64,000 nucleotides of DNA from an uncultured Victivallales bacterium (lineage in GTDB: Bacteria > Verrucomicrobiota > Kiritimatiellia > UBA8416 > CAYOBW01). A program made the translations under genes and the position numbers. The stretch covers positions 1 to 64,000 of the forward strand of contig CAZJYI010000021.1 in assembly GCA_964550025.1 (NCBI GenBank), given 5' to 3'. Positions 9,906 through 18,194 of the stretch are shown here, piece after piece (within the stretch, counting starts at the first letter, position 1; each line of letters opens with the position of its first letter). A model generated the notes under the pieces. That model was not told the origin of the DNA. It saw only the letters and a list, made by a program, of their open reading frames with translations, and did not search any database.

Positions 9906-11074
9906 CACGCTTCCTCCTGCGATGCCGTCGGAGGGGGCGGTTCCGGCGGCGGGGTGGTTACGGTCTGCAGGATCACGTCCTGGTTGGCGCGGAAGCCGGA
10001 GACCGTGTACCTGTCGGCCGCGTGTGCGCCGTACCAAACGCTTTCCAGGACGCCGACGTTGGTTCGGAACGCCTCCAGCAGGGACGCGCGGTCGTGAGCC
10101 CGGCGGTCGAGCTCGCGGCCGTAGTCGCGGTTGGACTTGTGCTTTGCGATTCGGACCAGACGGCACTGCCCGAGATGTGCCAGTGCCGCCAGGAACATGG
10201 CGCGAAGGGCCAGACGCCATTCTTCCCTTTCCATGAAGTCCATGGCCATTTCCATCCAGCGGTCGGCGGGAAGCTGGTCGGCCACCACGTCCTCGTCCGT
10301 GATGTCGGGCAGTGACGCGACCGGAACGGCTTTCACGGCGGGCCCCCGGCGGCGCGTCTTCCAGACGCGATACAGCACGAAGCCCAGGAGGATGCCGGCC
10401 AGAACGGCCGCCAGGACCCACATCGACCGCACCGAGACCAGACCACGCGAACGGTCGACGTCATGCTCCCTCCTGTACATCAGCCTGCGCATCCATCGCA
10501 GCAACTTCGTGAGCTGCTTGGCCACCCACCTGCCGAATTGGCGCAGTTTCTCCATGACGCGCTCGAGAAAACCGGCCAGGATTCCCGGTTCGGCGACCTC
10601 CTCTTCGCGCTCCCTGGGGGCGCGCCACGCGTAGCGCGGCTTGACGAGCGTCGTGTCGATGGCCCTGTCCAACTCCTGTGCCGTGATGCCGGCGCCTGCC
10701 GGCGCGGTTTCAGCTTCGGCCCGGCACGGGGTGGAGTGCAGGGGCAGCAGGGACAGGAGCAGGAGATACAGCGCTGCGGCAGAGACTCGTACTCCGGGCT
10801 GCGTCCGACCGTGTCCGAGAGGGGGGGGGCGACGCGATCGCGAAGTAGGACGGTGCTCCTGCGCCGTCCGGGGAGGCAGCACGGAGGCGGGTAGTGCGAG
10901 AGAATGGCACGATGTGCGGCTCCTCTCTCTCTTCGTCCTCCACGTTCTGCCACAAGGACGGCGCGGGAGCACCGTCCTACGGGGGAAGACTGCGCCCCGT
11001 GCCCTGTTCGGCCCCGGGTGTTCCGAAGACCGTGACGCATTCCCTCGCACCACTCTCACTGCTCCTCCTCCCAC
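9905..11074 (-). CDS. DUF4129-like membrane protein
   Basis: C-terminal KSNRDYGRELDRRAHDRASLLEAFRTNVGVLESVWYG matches the DUF4129 pattern (SRTxRE ... RYG). Has an internal TM. Start is uncertain: the first ~90 residues are R/P-rich and overlap the upstream gene by 19 nt. A GTG at VRVSAAALYLLLL is plausible. Confidence 0.6.
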   Translation of the reverse strand: MGGGAVRVVRGNASRSSEHPGPNRARGAVFPRRTVLPRRPCGRTWRTKRERSRTSCHSLALPASVLPPRTAQEHRPTSRSRRPPPLGHGRTQPGVRVSAAALYLLLLSLLPLHSTPCRAEAETAPAGAGITAQELDRAIDTTLVKPRYAWRAPREREEEVAEPGILAGFLERVMEKLRQFGRWVAKQLTKLLRWMRRLMYRREHDVDRSRGLVSVRSMWVLAAVLAGILLGFVLYRVWKTRRRGPAVKAVPVASLPDITDEDVVADQLPADRWMEMAMDFMEREEWRLALRAMFLAALAHLGQCRLVRIAKHKSNRDYGRELDRRAHDRASLLEAFRTNVGVLESVWYGAHAADRYTVSGFRANQDVILQTVTTPPPEPPPPTASQEEA

Positions 11075-12033
11075 TCGTCCCGCACTGCGTCCCCCATCGC
11101 CCCCTCGGGGTCGAGCAGGCGCAGCTCGACCATCAGGTCTTCACCCGTTCTGCGGGATTCGCCGTAAAAGCAGCGCAGGGTGTAAGCGGCCTTGGCGAAA
11201 GGGTCCAGGCAGAGGTACGACAGGCCGACGACCGTGACAACAAACGTGCTGTTCAGTACGGCATGCATGCCGCCGAGCGTAAATGTCGTTTCAATTCCCA
11301 GGAACGTCTTGAGCAGAGACGGGACGAGAACGATGACCGCCGCGATGTTGGCGGCCACCACGCAACCGAACGGCGACACGGGGAAGACAACCAACGCCAG
11401 CAACATGAACGCCAGCAGGAACCAGACGAGTCCGTGGAGCCCCTGCAGATCGGGATTGGCGCGGAGAGCGAACCAGACCGCGGTAAAGGAAATGAAGATC
11501 CCCATGCTCAGTATCCACGGACTGAGCAACCACATCACGATCACGTTCTGCCGCGGCCAGAGCGTGGCCTGGCGATAGGAGCGCTTGACGGCGGCGCCGA
11601 GGTCGAGGTCCGTCCCGTCGGCAATGACGGAAAACGCCTGGAAGAAACCGTTGGTGATGACCACGGCCAGGGGGATCAACACGATCCCGAGGGGCTGTAC
11701 CATGGTCTGCATCAGGGCGAGCCGCAGGATGCGCCGGGCGCGCCACGGCGGCTGCCCGTGGCCGCGGATGTGTGCGGAGAGGGCGCTGGTGAAGCCGGCC
11801 TGCCAGCACTTCATCCATACGAACAGCGCCGCCAGCGCCAGCGATGCGCCCAGGCAGCGCTCCGCGGCAAACGCACTGCGGCTCATCTCGGACCAGAAAT
11901 ACAGGAACCCGAGGACAAACGGTACGCTTCCCGCGTAGTATGCGGCCAGGACCGTGACGGGGGCGGTTGCCACGACGTGGACAGCCTCCCCTACCAGGTC
12001 GAAGCCGCCGATGGCCCTGCCGGCTTTGCGCAT
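11056..12033 (-). CDS. Polytopic membrane protein, function unknown
   Basis: Start MRKAGRAIGG overlaps (TAATG) the stop of the small zinc-ribbon gene. Five or more predicted TM helices. Confidence 0.55.
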   Translation of the reverse strand: MRKAGRAIGGFDLVGEAVHVVATAPVTVLAAYYAGSVPFVLGFLYFWSEMSRSAFAAERCLGASLALAALFVWMKCWQAGFTSALSAHIRGHGQPPWRARRILRLALMQTMVQPLGIVLIPLAVVITNGFFQAFSVIADGTDLDLGAAVKRSYRQATLWPRQNVIVMWLLSPWILSMGIFISFTAVWFALRANPDLQGLHGLVWFLLAFMLLALVVFPVSPFGCVVAANIAAVIVLVPSLLKTFLGIETTFTLGGMHAVLNSTFVVTVVGLSYLCLDPFAKAAYTLRCFYGESRRTGEDLMVELRLLDPEGAMGDAVRDEWEEEQ

Positions 12034-12347
12034 TACGGCAGCTCCTTCCACATGCGGCCCTCGTGAAACGCGCTCGGAATGCGCACGAGTACCTGGCCGA
12101 TCGCGTACAGAACCCACCACAGGAAAACGAATCCGCCGGCAGCCTGCAGGTACGGTTTCAAGGTCCCCAGGCGTACGCGGCGCTTGCTGCGCTTGCCCGC
12201 GATGCCAGACAGGCAGGCTGCGCAGACGACGCGATCATCGTGCTCCGTGACGCATTCCCGGCAGAAGAACCGGCCGCATTCCGGGCACCGGGCGGCCGCC
12301 TCACGGGTGCGATGGTTGAAGCAGCGTTGTTTCGCGATCGCGTTCAT
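12033..12347 (-). CDS. Small zinc-ribbon (B-box-like, two CxxC pairs) protein with a C-terminal TM helix
   Basis: 104 aa, MNAIAKQRCFNHRTREAAARCPECGRFFCRECVTEHDDRVVCAACL, then FVFLWWVLYAIGQVLV. It is hidden as the C-terminal end of the 425-aa track ORF 12033..13310, whose remainder is out of frame. ATGA overlap with the upstream gene. Confidence 0.6.
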   Translation of the reverse strand: MNAIAKQRCFNHRTREAAARCPECGRFFCRECVTEHDDRVVCAACLSGIAGKRSKRRVRLGTLKPYLQAAGGFVFLWWVLYAIGQVLVRIPSAFHEGRMWKELP

Positions 12348-13501
12348 TGCCGCAGGACCTTCTTGTCGGCGGGTTCGTCGTTTTCGGGCTGCTCGTTGCC
12401 GGGCCGGTTGTCCTCCGGCTGCCCGTCGTCGGCGGGCGCGGCCGGCGGTTGCGGCGGCGCGTCGTTCGGCATGCGGTAGCGCCGCATGAGCAGAAGCCCC
12501 CACAGCGCCAGGATGCCGGCCGTGAACATGCAGGCCACCAGCCAGCCCAGCAGCACGGGGGTCGTGCCGAGCGGGACAATGGCAACGTAGTGCTGGACGC
12601 CCCAGTAGTCGGGGGTTCCTCCCTGCTGGATAGTGTAGGCCATGTTGTAGACCGTCCAGAAGGCAAGGGACGCTCCCAGGTATGCTACCGTTCCCCAGGC
12701 CACGTTCCGTATCCCGCGCGGGAGGTCCGTGCCCTGCTGCTTGATGAGCGCCGTAACGGCCGAGACGATGAGTCCCACGGCGATGAAGGCGCCGGCCGAG
12801 TGCACGGCCACGGTGCGCACCAGCATGTCGGCCATGGTGTGCAGCATGTCGATCAGGAGGAAAACGAAGAGGATGTCGTGAGCCCGGCTGCGGTAGGGCT
12901 TCAGCGGCCGGTCGCGGCCCGGCGGCTTCGGCGGGATCGGTTGGGCGGAGACCTTTTGCGCGATGGCTTGTGCTGCCGACGATTCGGTATCGAGCCATAG
13001 GCGTTCTGCGTCCTCCGGTGCCAGTGCGCCCTGCAGGGCTTCGATCTCCGCGCGCAGCTCGCGGGTGACGCGGAGGGCTTTGCGCATGCGGCTGAGGCAG
13101 TAGAGCCGTTCGGTCTGGACCGCCGTGCGGATCTCGCAGACGCATGTTGGGCCCGCGACCAGGTTGACGAGCAGTGGCACGCTGAACAGGAACATGAAGA
13201 AGGCGTCGACGACCATGGCGGCAACGGACCATCCCAGGAATGCTCCCAGCACGGTCAGCAGCAGGAACAGAGCCGTCAATCCGCCGAAGATCCCGTTCAC
13301 CACCTCCCACGCGGACGTCCTTCGTATGACGATGGCCTGGATGTCCTTGAGGTAGAAGCGCTTATACTCCTCGGAAAACCCGGCGCCGGAAACGGACAGG
13401 ACATGGTCCGGCCCCATCCAGAGGCTCGTGCGGGCGATGGACGCCGTGGAGGGGCCCGCCAGCCTGCGGTATTGAACGCGCGCCGTACTACTATCCGTCA
13501 T
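12344..13501 (-). CDS. Polytopic membrane protein, function unknown; first gene after repeat element A
   Basis: 385 aa, multiple TM helices, C-terminal Pro/Glu-rich tail. N-terminus MTDSSTA lies inside the conserved element. Confidence 0.6.
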   Translation of the reverse strand: MTDSSTARVQYRRLAGPSTASIARTSLWMGPDHVLSVSGAGFSEEYKRFYLKDIQAIVIRRTSAWEVVNGIFGGLTALFLLLTVLGAFLGWSVAAMVVDAFFMFLFSVPLLVNLVAGPTCVCEIRTAVQTERLYCLSRMRKALRVTRELRAEIEALQGALAPEDAERLWLDTESSAAQAIAQKVSAQPIPPKPPGRDRPLKPYRSRAHDILFVFLLIDMLHTMADMLVRTVAVHSAGAFIAVGLIVSAVTALIKQQGTDLPRGIRNVAWGTVAYLGASLAFWTVYNMAYTIQQGGTPDYWGVQHYVAIVPLGTTPVLLGWLVACMFTAGILALWGLLLMRRYRMPNDAPPQPPAAPADDGQPEDNRPGNEQPENDEPADKKVLRQ

Positions 13502-13598
13502 CTTCTTGCTTTCCTGGCGGGTCCACCGGATGGGAGCGGCTATCCCGTTGATCCTGTCCGAATTCCCGTTTGGCTTCCGCTATGCTGTGTCGTGGTCA
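13482..13598 (-). repeat. Conserved intergenic element, copy A (fills the gap from the upstream stop to the downstream start and the first ~7 codons)
   Basis: Aligned by eye to copies B and C. Core GGACAGGATCAACGGGATAGCCGCTCCCATCCGGTGGACCC ... AAGAAGATGACGGATAGTAGTACGG (minus orientation). Confidence 0.6.
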
Positions 13599-14228
13599 TC
13601 CGCTACCCAGATCCTTGACGAGATTGACGATGAAGACCCCGATGCCGGTGAGCTCGCCCAGGGCGAGGATGACGGCGAGGACATACCGCCAGCGCGAGCG
13701 GGGCAGTATGCTCAGCGGCCTTTTCCAGTAGCGGATTGCAATGAAAACGGCGGCCGGTGCGGTCACCGGGGTCGCGAACCAGAAGACGCAGAGGAGCGGA
13801 ACCACCGCCAGCGCGAGGGCCAGGTTGTCGTACTGGAAATAGCGCTTCGTCAGGTGCCGCAGCTTGTTCTTTTCGACCCCGGCCTCGATGCAGCGCGGGC
13901 AGATGTGCTCTTCGCCGAGCTGGACGTCACAGAGTGCGCAAAGGAAGCGACCGCAGCGTTCGCAGGCGATGACGGCCTTCTTCTCGGCGTGATAGAAACA
14001 GGATGCTTCGTCGTCTACGACGAGCTGTTCCCCGGTCGGCGCGGCCCGGGGGGGTGCGTAGAGTGCGGGAAACACGAAGGCATACGTCGGCACGTCGCAT
14101 GCCGGGCAGGCCTTTGCCCCTTCGCTGCTGAAGGTGTTCCAGGGGAGCGGCGTGCCGCACTTCGAACACGCAAGCATGTGATGGTCTGTCTCCGCCATCA
14201 TTCCGTCTTGATCACCCGCGTGTCGCAA
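13596..14228 (-). CDS. Double zinc-ribbon membrane protein
   Basis: CSKCGTPLP...CPACD and CERCGRFLCALCD...CPRC motifs, then two TM helices. Paralogous to the small zinc-ribbon gene. Non-ATG (TTG) start in the track; MMAETDHH is an alternative start. Confidence 0.6.
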   Translation of the reverse strand: MRHAGDQDGMMAETDHHMLACSKCGTPLPWNTFSSEGAKACPACDVPTYAFVFPALYAPPRAAPTGEQLVVDDEASCFYHAEKKAVIACERCGRFLCALCDVQLGEEHICPRCIEAGVEKNKLRHLTKRYFQYDNLALALAVVPLLCVFWFATPVTAPAAVFIAIRYWKRPLSILPRSRWRYVLAVILALGELTGIGVFIVNLVKDLGSG

Positions 14229-14956
14229 ATGTGGTCGTGAAGGGCGCGTTTCTCATCGTCAAACGCGGCGATGAGATAGCCGACATTCAGCAACATCCCG
14301 CTCAGCATGTCACCGAAGTAGCGCCCGACGGCGCGGCCGTACGTGATCGGGTCGCCGTTGGCGCGGACGACCTTCAGCTTGCAGGCCATTTTGCCCGGGG
14401 TGGCGCCGAACTTGCCGAGAAAGAAGACGGTGTACGCGAGCTGCATGCCCATGCCGATGCCCTGTATGAGGAGCTGTATGCCGATCGCCGCGAACGGACT
14501 GGTGTTGTCGTCCGCCAGGCCGGAGAAGGGTATGATGAAGATCAGCAGGAGCACCCACATGGCGGCCATCATGATGAGACCGTCGATGATCTTGGCGGCG
14601 AAGCGGATCCAGAAGCCGCCGTAGATCATGACGCCCGGGACGGCGGCGCCCTCCTGCAAACGCTGGAAAAATGCCGGTTTGCACGCGGCGCAGACGGAAG
14701 CGCCCTGGTACGTCAGGAGATCCTGTTTCGGAAAAAGCCTCCCGCACTCCGTACAGAGGCCTGTGCGGGGTGCGTCGCTTGCCGTACCGGGCGCGACGTC
14801 GACCTGCTGCAGGCTGCCGTAGGGCAGCCAGTCCTCCATGCCCCCGTGCCACACGAGGGTGTCTGCGCCCACTTTCCCCGCGGCGACGAGTTGCGCGAGT
14901 TCCTCATCCGAGACGGGGCCGTGCTGCTGTTGGCCCGTTGCGTAGTACCATTCCAT
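14198..14956 (-). CDS. DUF4339(GYF-like) / zinc-ribbon / RDD domain membrane protein
   Basis: MEWYYATGQQQHGPVSDEEL...TLVWHGGMEDWLPY (DUF4339). CTECGRLF...CAACK zinc ribbon. C-terminal RDD region (GKMACKLKVVRANGDPITYGRAVGRYFGDMLS). Confidence 0.75.
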   Translation of the reverse strand: MEWYYATGQQQHGPVSDEELAQLVAAGKVGADTLVWHGGMEDWLPYGSLQQVDVAPGTASDAPRTGLCTECGRLFPKQDLLTYQGASVCAACKPAFFQRLQEGAAVPGVMIYGGFWIRFAAKIIDGLIMMAAMWVLLLIFIIPFSGLADDNTSPFAAIGIQLLIQGIGMGMQLAYTVFFLGKFGATPGKMACKLKVVRANGDPITYGRAVGRYFGDMLSGMLLNVGYLIAAFDDEKRALHDHICDTRVIKTE

Positions 14957-14965
14957 CTCTTGCTG

Positions 14966-15925
14966 CTACCGACTCCCCTCTGCCCGCAGGTCCTCGTAGA
15001 ACTCTGCGAAACTGGTCGACATGTACGGCATGAGCCAGATGAAACCAATCCCGAGCGTGAAGATGCACAGGAACGACCAGCCGATGAAACGGCAGCAAAG
15101 GCAGAAGTACTTCCACTTCTTGCCGCGCATCATCTCGTGGCTCGTGCGGATGGCATCCATGGCGGCGATGTTCGGGTTGTCGGCGATGATGTAGAATGTC
15201 TGACTGAGGGCGTAGGCCGCGATAATGCCGGGGATAATCAACAGCAGTATTCCGGCAAAGACGATCAGTGACAGAATGATATAGGCCAGCAGCGCCGTGC
15301 CGAAGATCTTGAAACCGTCGAACATCATCTGAAATTCGGGCTGCTGCCCCCGCACCAGACGCAGAAAGAAGATGGCCAGGCCGACCATGAAGGGGCCGGT
15401 GATGATCAGGGGCGCCAGATTGCCCAGGAACGGAACGCTGCTGGCCGCCACGGCGATAATGTTGTAGACAATGGTGACGGCGATGGCCAGTCCCCAGTAG
15501 CCCGTCAGGTGCGAACGGGCGGCCGCCATGAGGTCCGCGTTGGGCGTGTTGCCCGTGTAGGCCGGCGTCGCTCCCTCCTGCAGGCGCTGGAAGAACTGCT
15601 GCTTGCAGTTGGCGCAGATCTGCTTGCCCTGGTACTCCACCATGTCGTCGGGCCGGTTGGGACGATTGCACTGCGAGCAGTACTGCATTCCCTGGGCCGA
15701 GGACGGGGATTCGGCGGCCCGCTTGGCCGCCGGTTGGGGTTCCGCCGCTGCCTGCGCGGGCGCTTGCGCTGCCGGCGCGATCTGCCCGTACGGCGTCCAG
15801 TCCGCCATGCCGGCATGCCACACCAACGTATCTGTTTTCACCGTTCCCGCGCCGGCAAGACGTGCGAGCTCTTCGTCCGACACGGGCCCCTGCTGCTGTT
15901 GACCTGATGCGTAGTACCAGTCCAT
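14966..15925 (-). CDS. DUF4339(GYF-like) / zinc-ribbon / DUF975-like polytopic membrane protein
   Basis: MDWYYASGQQQQGPVSDEEL...TLVWHAGMADWTPY. CSQCNRP...CANCK. C-terminal GYWGLAIAVTIVYNII ... MMRGKKWKYFCLCCRFIGWSF matches the DUF975 pattern. N-terminal paralog of the preceding gene. Confidence 0.7.
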   Translation of the reverse strand: MDWYYASGQQQQGPVSDEELARLAGAGTVKTDTLVWHAGMADWTPYGQIAPAAQAPAQAAAEPQPAAKRAAESPSSAQGMQYCSQCNRPNRPDDMVEYQGKQICANCKQQFFQRLQEGATPAYTGNTPNADLMAAARSHLTGYWGLAIAVTIVYNIIAVAASSVPFLGNLAPLIITGPFMVGLAIFFLRLVRGQQPEFQMMFDGFKIFGTALLAYIILSLIVFAGILLLIIPGIIAAYALSQTFYIIADNPNIAAMDAIRTSHEMMRGKKWKYFCLCCRFIGWSFLCIFTLGIGFIWLMPYMSTSFAEFYEDLRAEGSR

Positions 15926-16003
15926 TTCACTTGCCCCGTTATCTGTTTAGGTATCGTTTCGGACGCTCACGCTACCACATCGGAGGGTCAAGAGGCCAGT
16001 GAT

Positions 16004-17962
16004 TTGTGGGGTGTTGTCTTTTCTCCGTGCGTCCATGGAGGACGTGCTGTATTGTCCAAGAGCGGTTTTGCGCCAGTCGGCGGCAGCGCCGCAGCGAGGA
16101 GATGGCCGTTGCACAAGGAAGCATATTTCGTGGTGGGTTTCTTCGCTGCCCTGGCCCTGTTGACCTGGCTGTGGACCGTCTGGCTGCGCCGCGTCGTCCA
16201 GCGCAGAACCGAGGAACTGCAGAAGCACCAGAACCACCTCGACCAGCTCGTGGCGGAGCGGACCCGGGCGTACGAACGAGCGAACGCGGAATTGGAGCGC
16301 GAGATCGAAGAGCGCCGGCGGGCGCAGCGTGAGCTGGCCGCCCACCAGGATCGCCTCGAGGCCATGGTCGACGAACGCACGGCCGACCTGATCAGGGCCA
16401 ACCGGGAGCTGCGCAAGGAGTGCGAGCAAAGACGGCGCGTCGAGGAATCCCACCAGCACCTGTCCGCCGGGATCGAACAGGCGGTCGAAACGGTCCTCAT
16501 CATGGATGCGCAGGGACGTATTCAGTATGTCAATCCGGCCTTCGAGTCGACTTCGGGATACCGGCGGGACGAAGTCCTCGGGAAGAACCTCGATATTCTC
16601 CTGGATACCGACAACGCCGATGACGAGCTTCGCGAGATGTGGGAAACGGTTCGCGCGGGGGACGTGTGGAGCGGCGAGAGGACGCACCGCCGCAAGGACG
16701 GCAAGGCCTACCGCGAGGAAGTGACCCTGTGCCCCGTGAGGAATCCCCGCGGAGAAATCATCAGCTTCGTTTCCGTGCAGCACGACATCACGGAGAAGCT
16801 GCTGCTGCGGGACCAGCTCCGGCAGGCGCAGAAGATGGAGGCCGTGGGCAACCTGGCCGGCGGCGTGGCCCACGACTTCAACAACCTGTTGATGGTCATC
16901 GTCAACAGCGCGCGGTTCATCAAGGAGAGCGTCAAAGGCCGGCCGCAGGTGGAGGAAGACGTCGACGACATCATCGAGGCTTCGCGCAGCGCCGTCGATC
17001 TGACGCGCCAGCTCCTGGCCTTCTCGCGCAGGCAGCCGCTGTTGCCCAAAGTCTGCGACCTCAACAAGATCCTGGCTGACACCGAGACGATGATGAGGCG
17101 CACGATCGGCGAAGACATCGAGTTGATCATCCACCGCTCCGGGACGCCCGTTCCGGTCGAGGTCGACCCTGGGCAAATCAAGCAGGTGATTCTGAACCTG
17201 GCCGTCAACGCGCGCGCGGCCATGCCCGACGGCGGCGAGCTGCGGCTCGAGTTGAGCGAAGTCGGACTCACGGCCGAGGACCGCTGGCGGTTCGTCGAGG
17301 CGCCCGAGTTTTCCGCCGGCACGTACGCCCTGTTGACCGTCAGCGACAGTGGCGTCGGCATGGACGCGGAGACGCTCTCACACGTCTTTGAGCCCTTCTT
17401 CACAACCAAGGCCGCCGGTAAAGGAACGGGTCTGGGGCTTTCCACCGTCTACGGCATCGTGCGCCAGCACACCGGGCTCATCGCTGTTCGCAGCGAACCG
17501 GGCATCGGGACGGTTTTCGAGATCTGCCTGCCCGTCAGCAGCGCGCCAGAGGTGGCCGAGGCCGGTGCGGCTCCCGAGGGCGGCGTCGTGCGCGGCGACG
17601 AGACCATCCTGTTCGTCGAGGACGAGTTGGTTGTGCGACGGGTGGGCTGCCGCATGCTTCGCCGGCTCGGGTACCGCGTGCTGGAAGCCTCGAGCGGTGA
17701 GGAGGCCATGGCACTTGAGGCAACGTTCGACGAACCGATCCACCTGTTGCTGACCGACGTCATTATGCCCGGCATCGACGGCGGGACGCTGGCGGAACGC
17801 ATGCGCGGAAAACGCCCCGGTATCAAAGTGCTGTTCGCGTCCGGCTATTCGGGAACCTACCTCGACCGCCACGGCAAGGTCGGACAGGACGATCCCCTTC
17901 TCGCGAAACCGTTCCTCATCTCCGAAGTCTCGCAGATGCTGCGGCGATTGCTGGATGGGTGA
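16004..17962 (+). CDS. Hybrid sensor histidine kinase / response regulator (TM / coiled coil / PAS / HisKA / HATPase_c / REC)
   Basis: HDFNNLL H-box, HATPase N/G boxes, C-terminal [12 protein letters not shown]...[13 protein letters not shown] receiver. The reading frame has no ATG before the TM helix, so the start is TTG or GTG. Confidence 0.85.
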   Translation: MWGVVFSPCVHGGRAVLSKSGFAPVGGSAAARRWPLHKEAYFVVGFFAALALLTWLWTVWLRRVVQRRTEELQKHQNHLDQLVAERTRAYERANAELEREIEERRRAQRELAAHQDRLEAMVDERTADLIRANRELRKECEQRRRVEESHQHLSAGIEQAVETVLIMDAQGRIQYVNPAFESTSGYRRDEVLGKNLDILLDTDNADDELREMWETVRAGDVWSGERTHRRKDGKAYREEVTLCPVRNPRGEIISFVSVQHDITEKLLLRDQLRQAQKMEAVGNLAGGVAHDFNNLLMVIVNSARFIKESVKGRPQVEEDVDDIIEASRSAVDLTRQLLAFSRRQPLLPKVCDLNKILADTETMMRRTIGEDIELIIHRSGTPVPVEVDPGQIKQVILNLAVNARAAMPDGGELRLELSEVGLTAEDRWRFVEAPEFSAGTYALLTVSDSGVGMDAETLSHVFEPFFTTKAAGKGTGLGLSTVYGIVRQHTGLIAVRSEPGIGTVFEICLPVSSAPEVAEAGAAPEGGVVRGDETILFVEDELVVRRVGCRMLRRLGYRVLEASSGEEAMALEATFDEPIHLLLTDVIMPGIDGGTLAERMRGKRPGIKVLFASGYSGTYLDRHGKVGQDDPLLAKPFLISEVSQMLRRLLDG

Positions 17963-17968
17963 GGAGAA

Positions 17969-17997
17969 GTGGCGAGTGGCGGGTGGCGAGTGGCGCC
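17969..17997. repeat. Heptamer tandem repeat (GTGGCGA/GTGGCGG x4) immediately 3' of the kinase stop
   Basis: Read directly: gtggcgagtggcgggtggcgagtggcgcc. Confidence 0.6.
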
Positions 17998-18194
17998 GGC
18001 AGGGTGATGCCGCCGTTATAAACGCGGTTCCCCATTATAATGGCCATTCCGCGGTCCAATCCGCCATAAAGGTGGTGTCGCGAAAAAAAGGGCTGTCTTT
18101 GGCGACTATGGGCTGGCGGCTTCCGATTGCTTCGTGTAACAATCGCGCAACGGCGGGCGTGACGCCCGATCGGATGAGAGTGAGGTGATGCGTC

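Noticed and set aside
10894-12066. 390-aa plus-strand ORF
   Set aside because: Antisense to the polytopic membrane-protein gene 11056-12033.
12033-13310. 425-aa minus-strand ORF
   Set aside because: Only the last 104 residues (zinc-ribbon protein from the ATG near 12347) are credible. The remainder is an out-of-frame overlap with the 12344-13501 membrane-protein gene.
15947-17176. 409-aa minus-strand ORF
   Set aside because: Antisense to the hybrid histidine kinase, which has unambiguous H-box and ATPase motifs.
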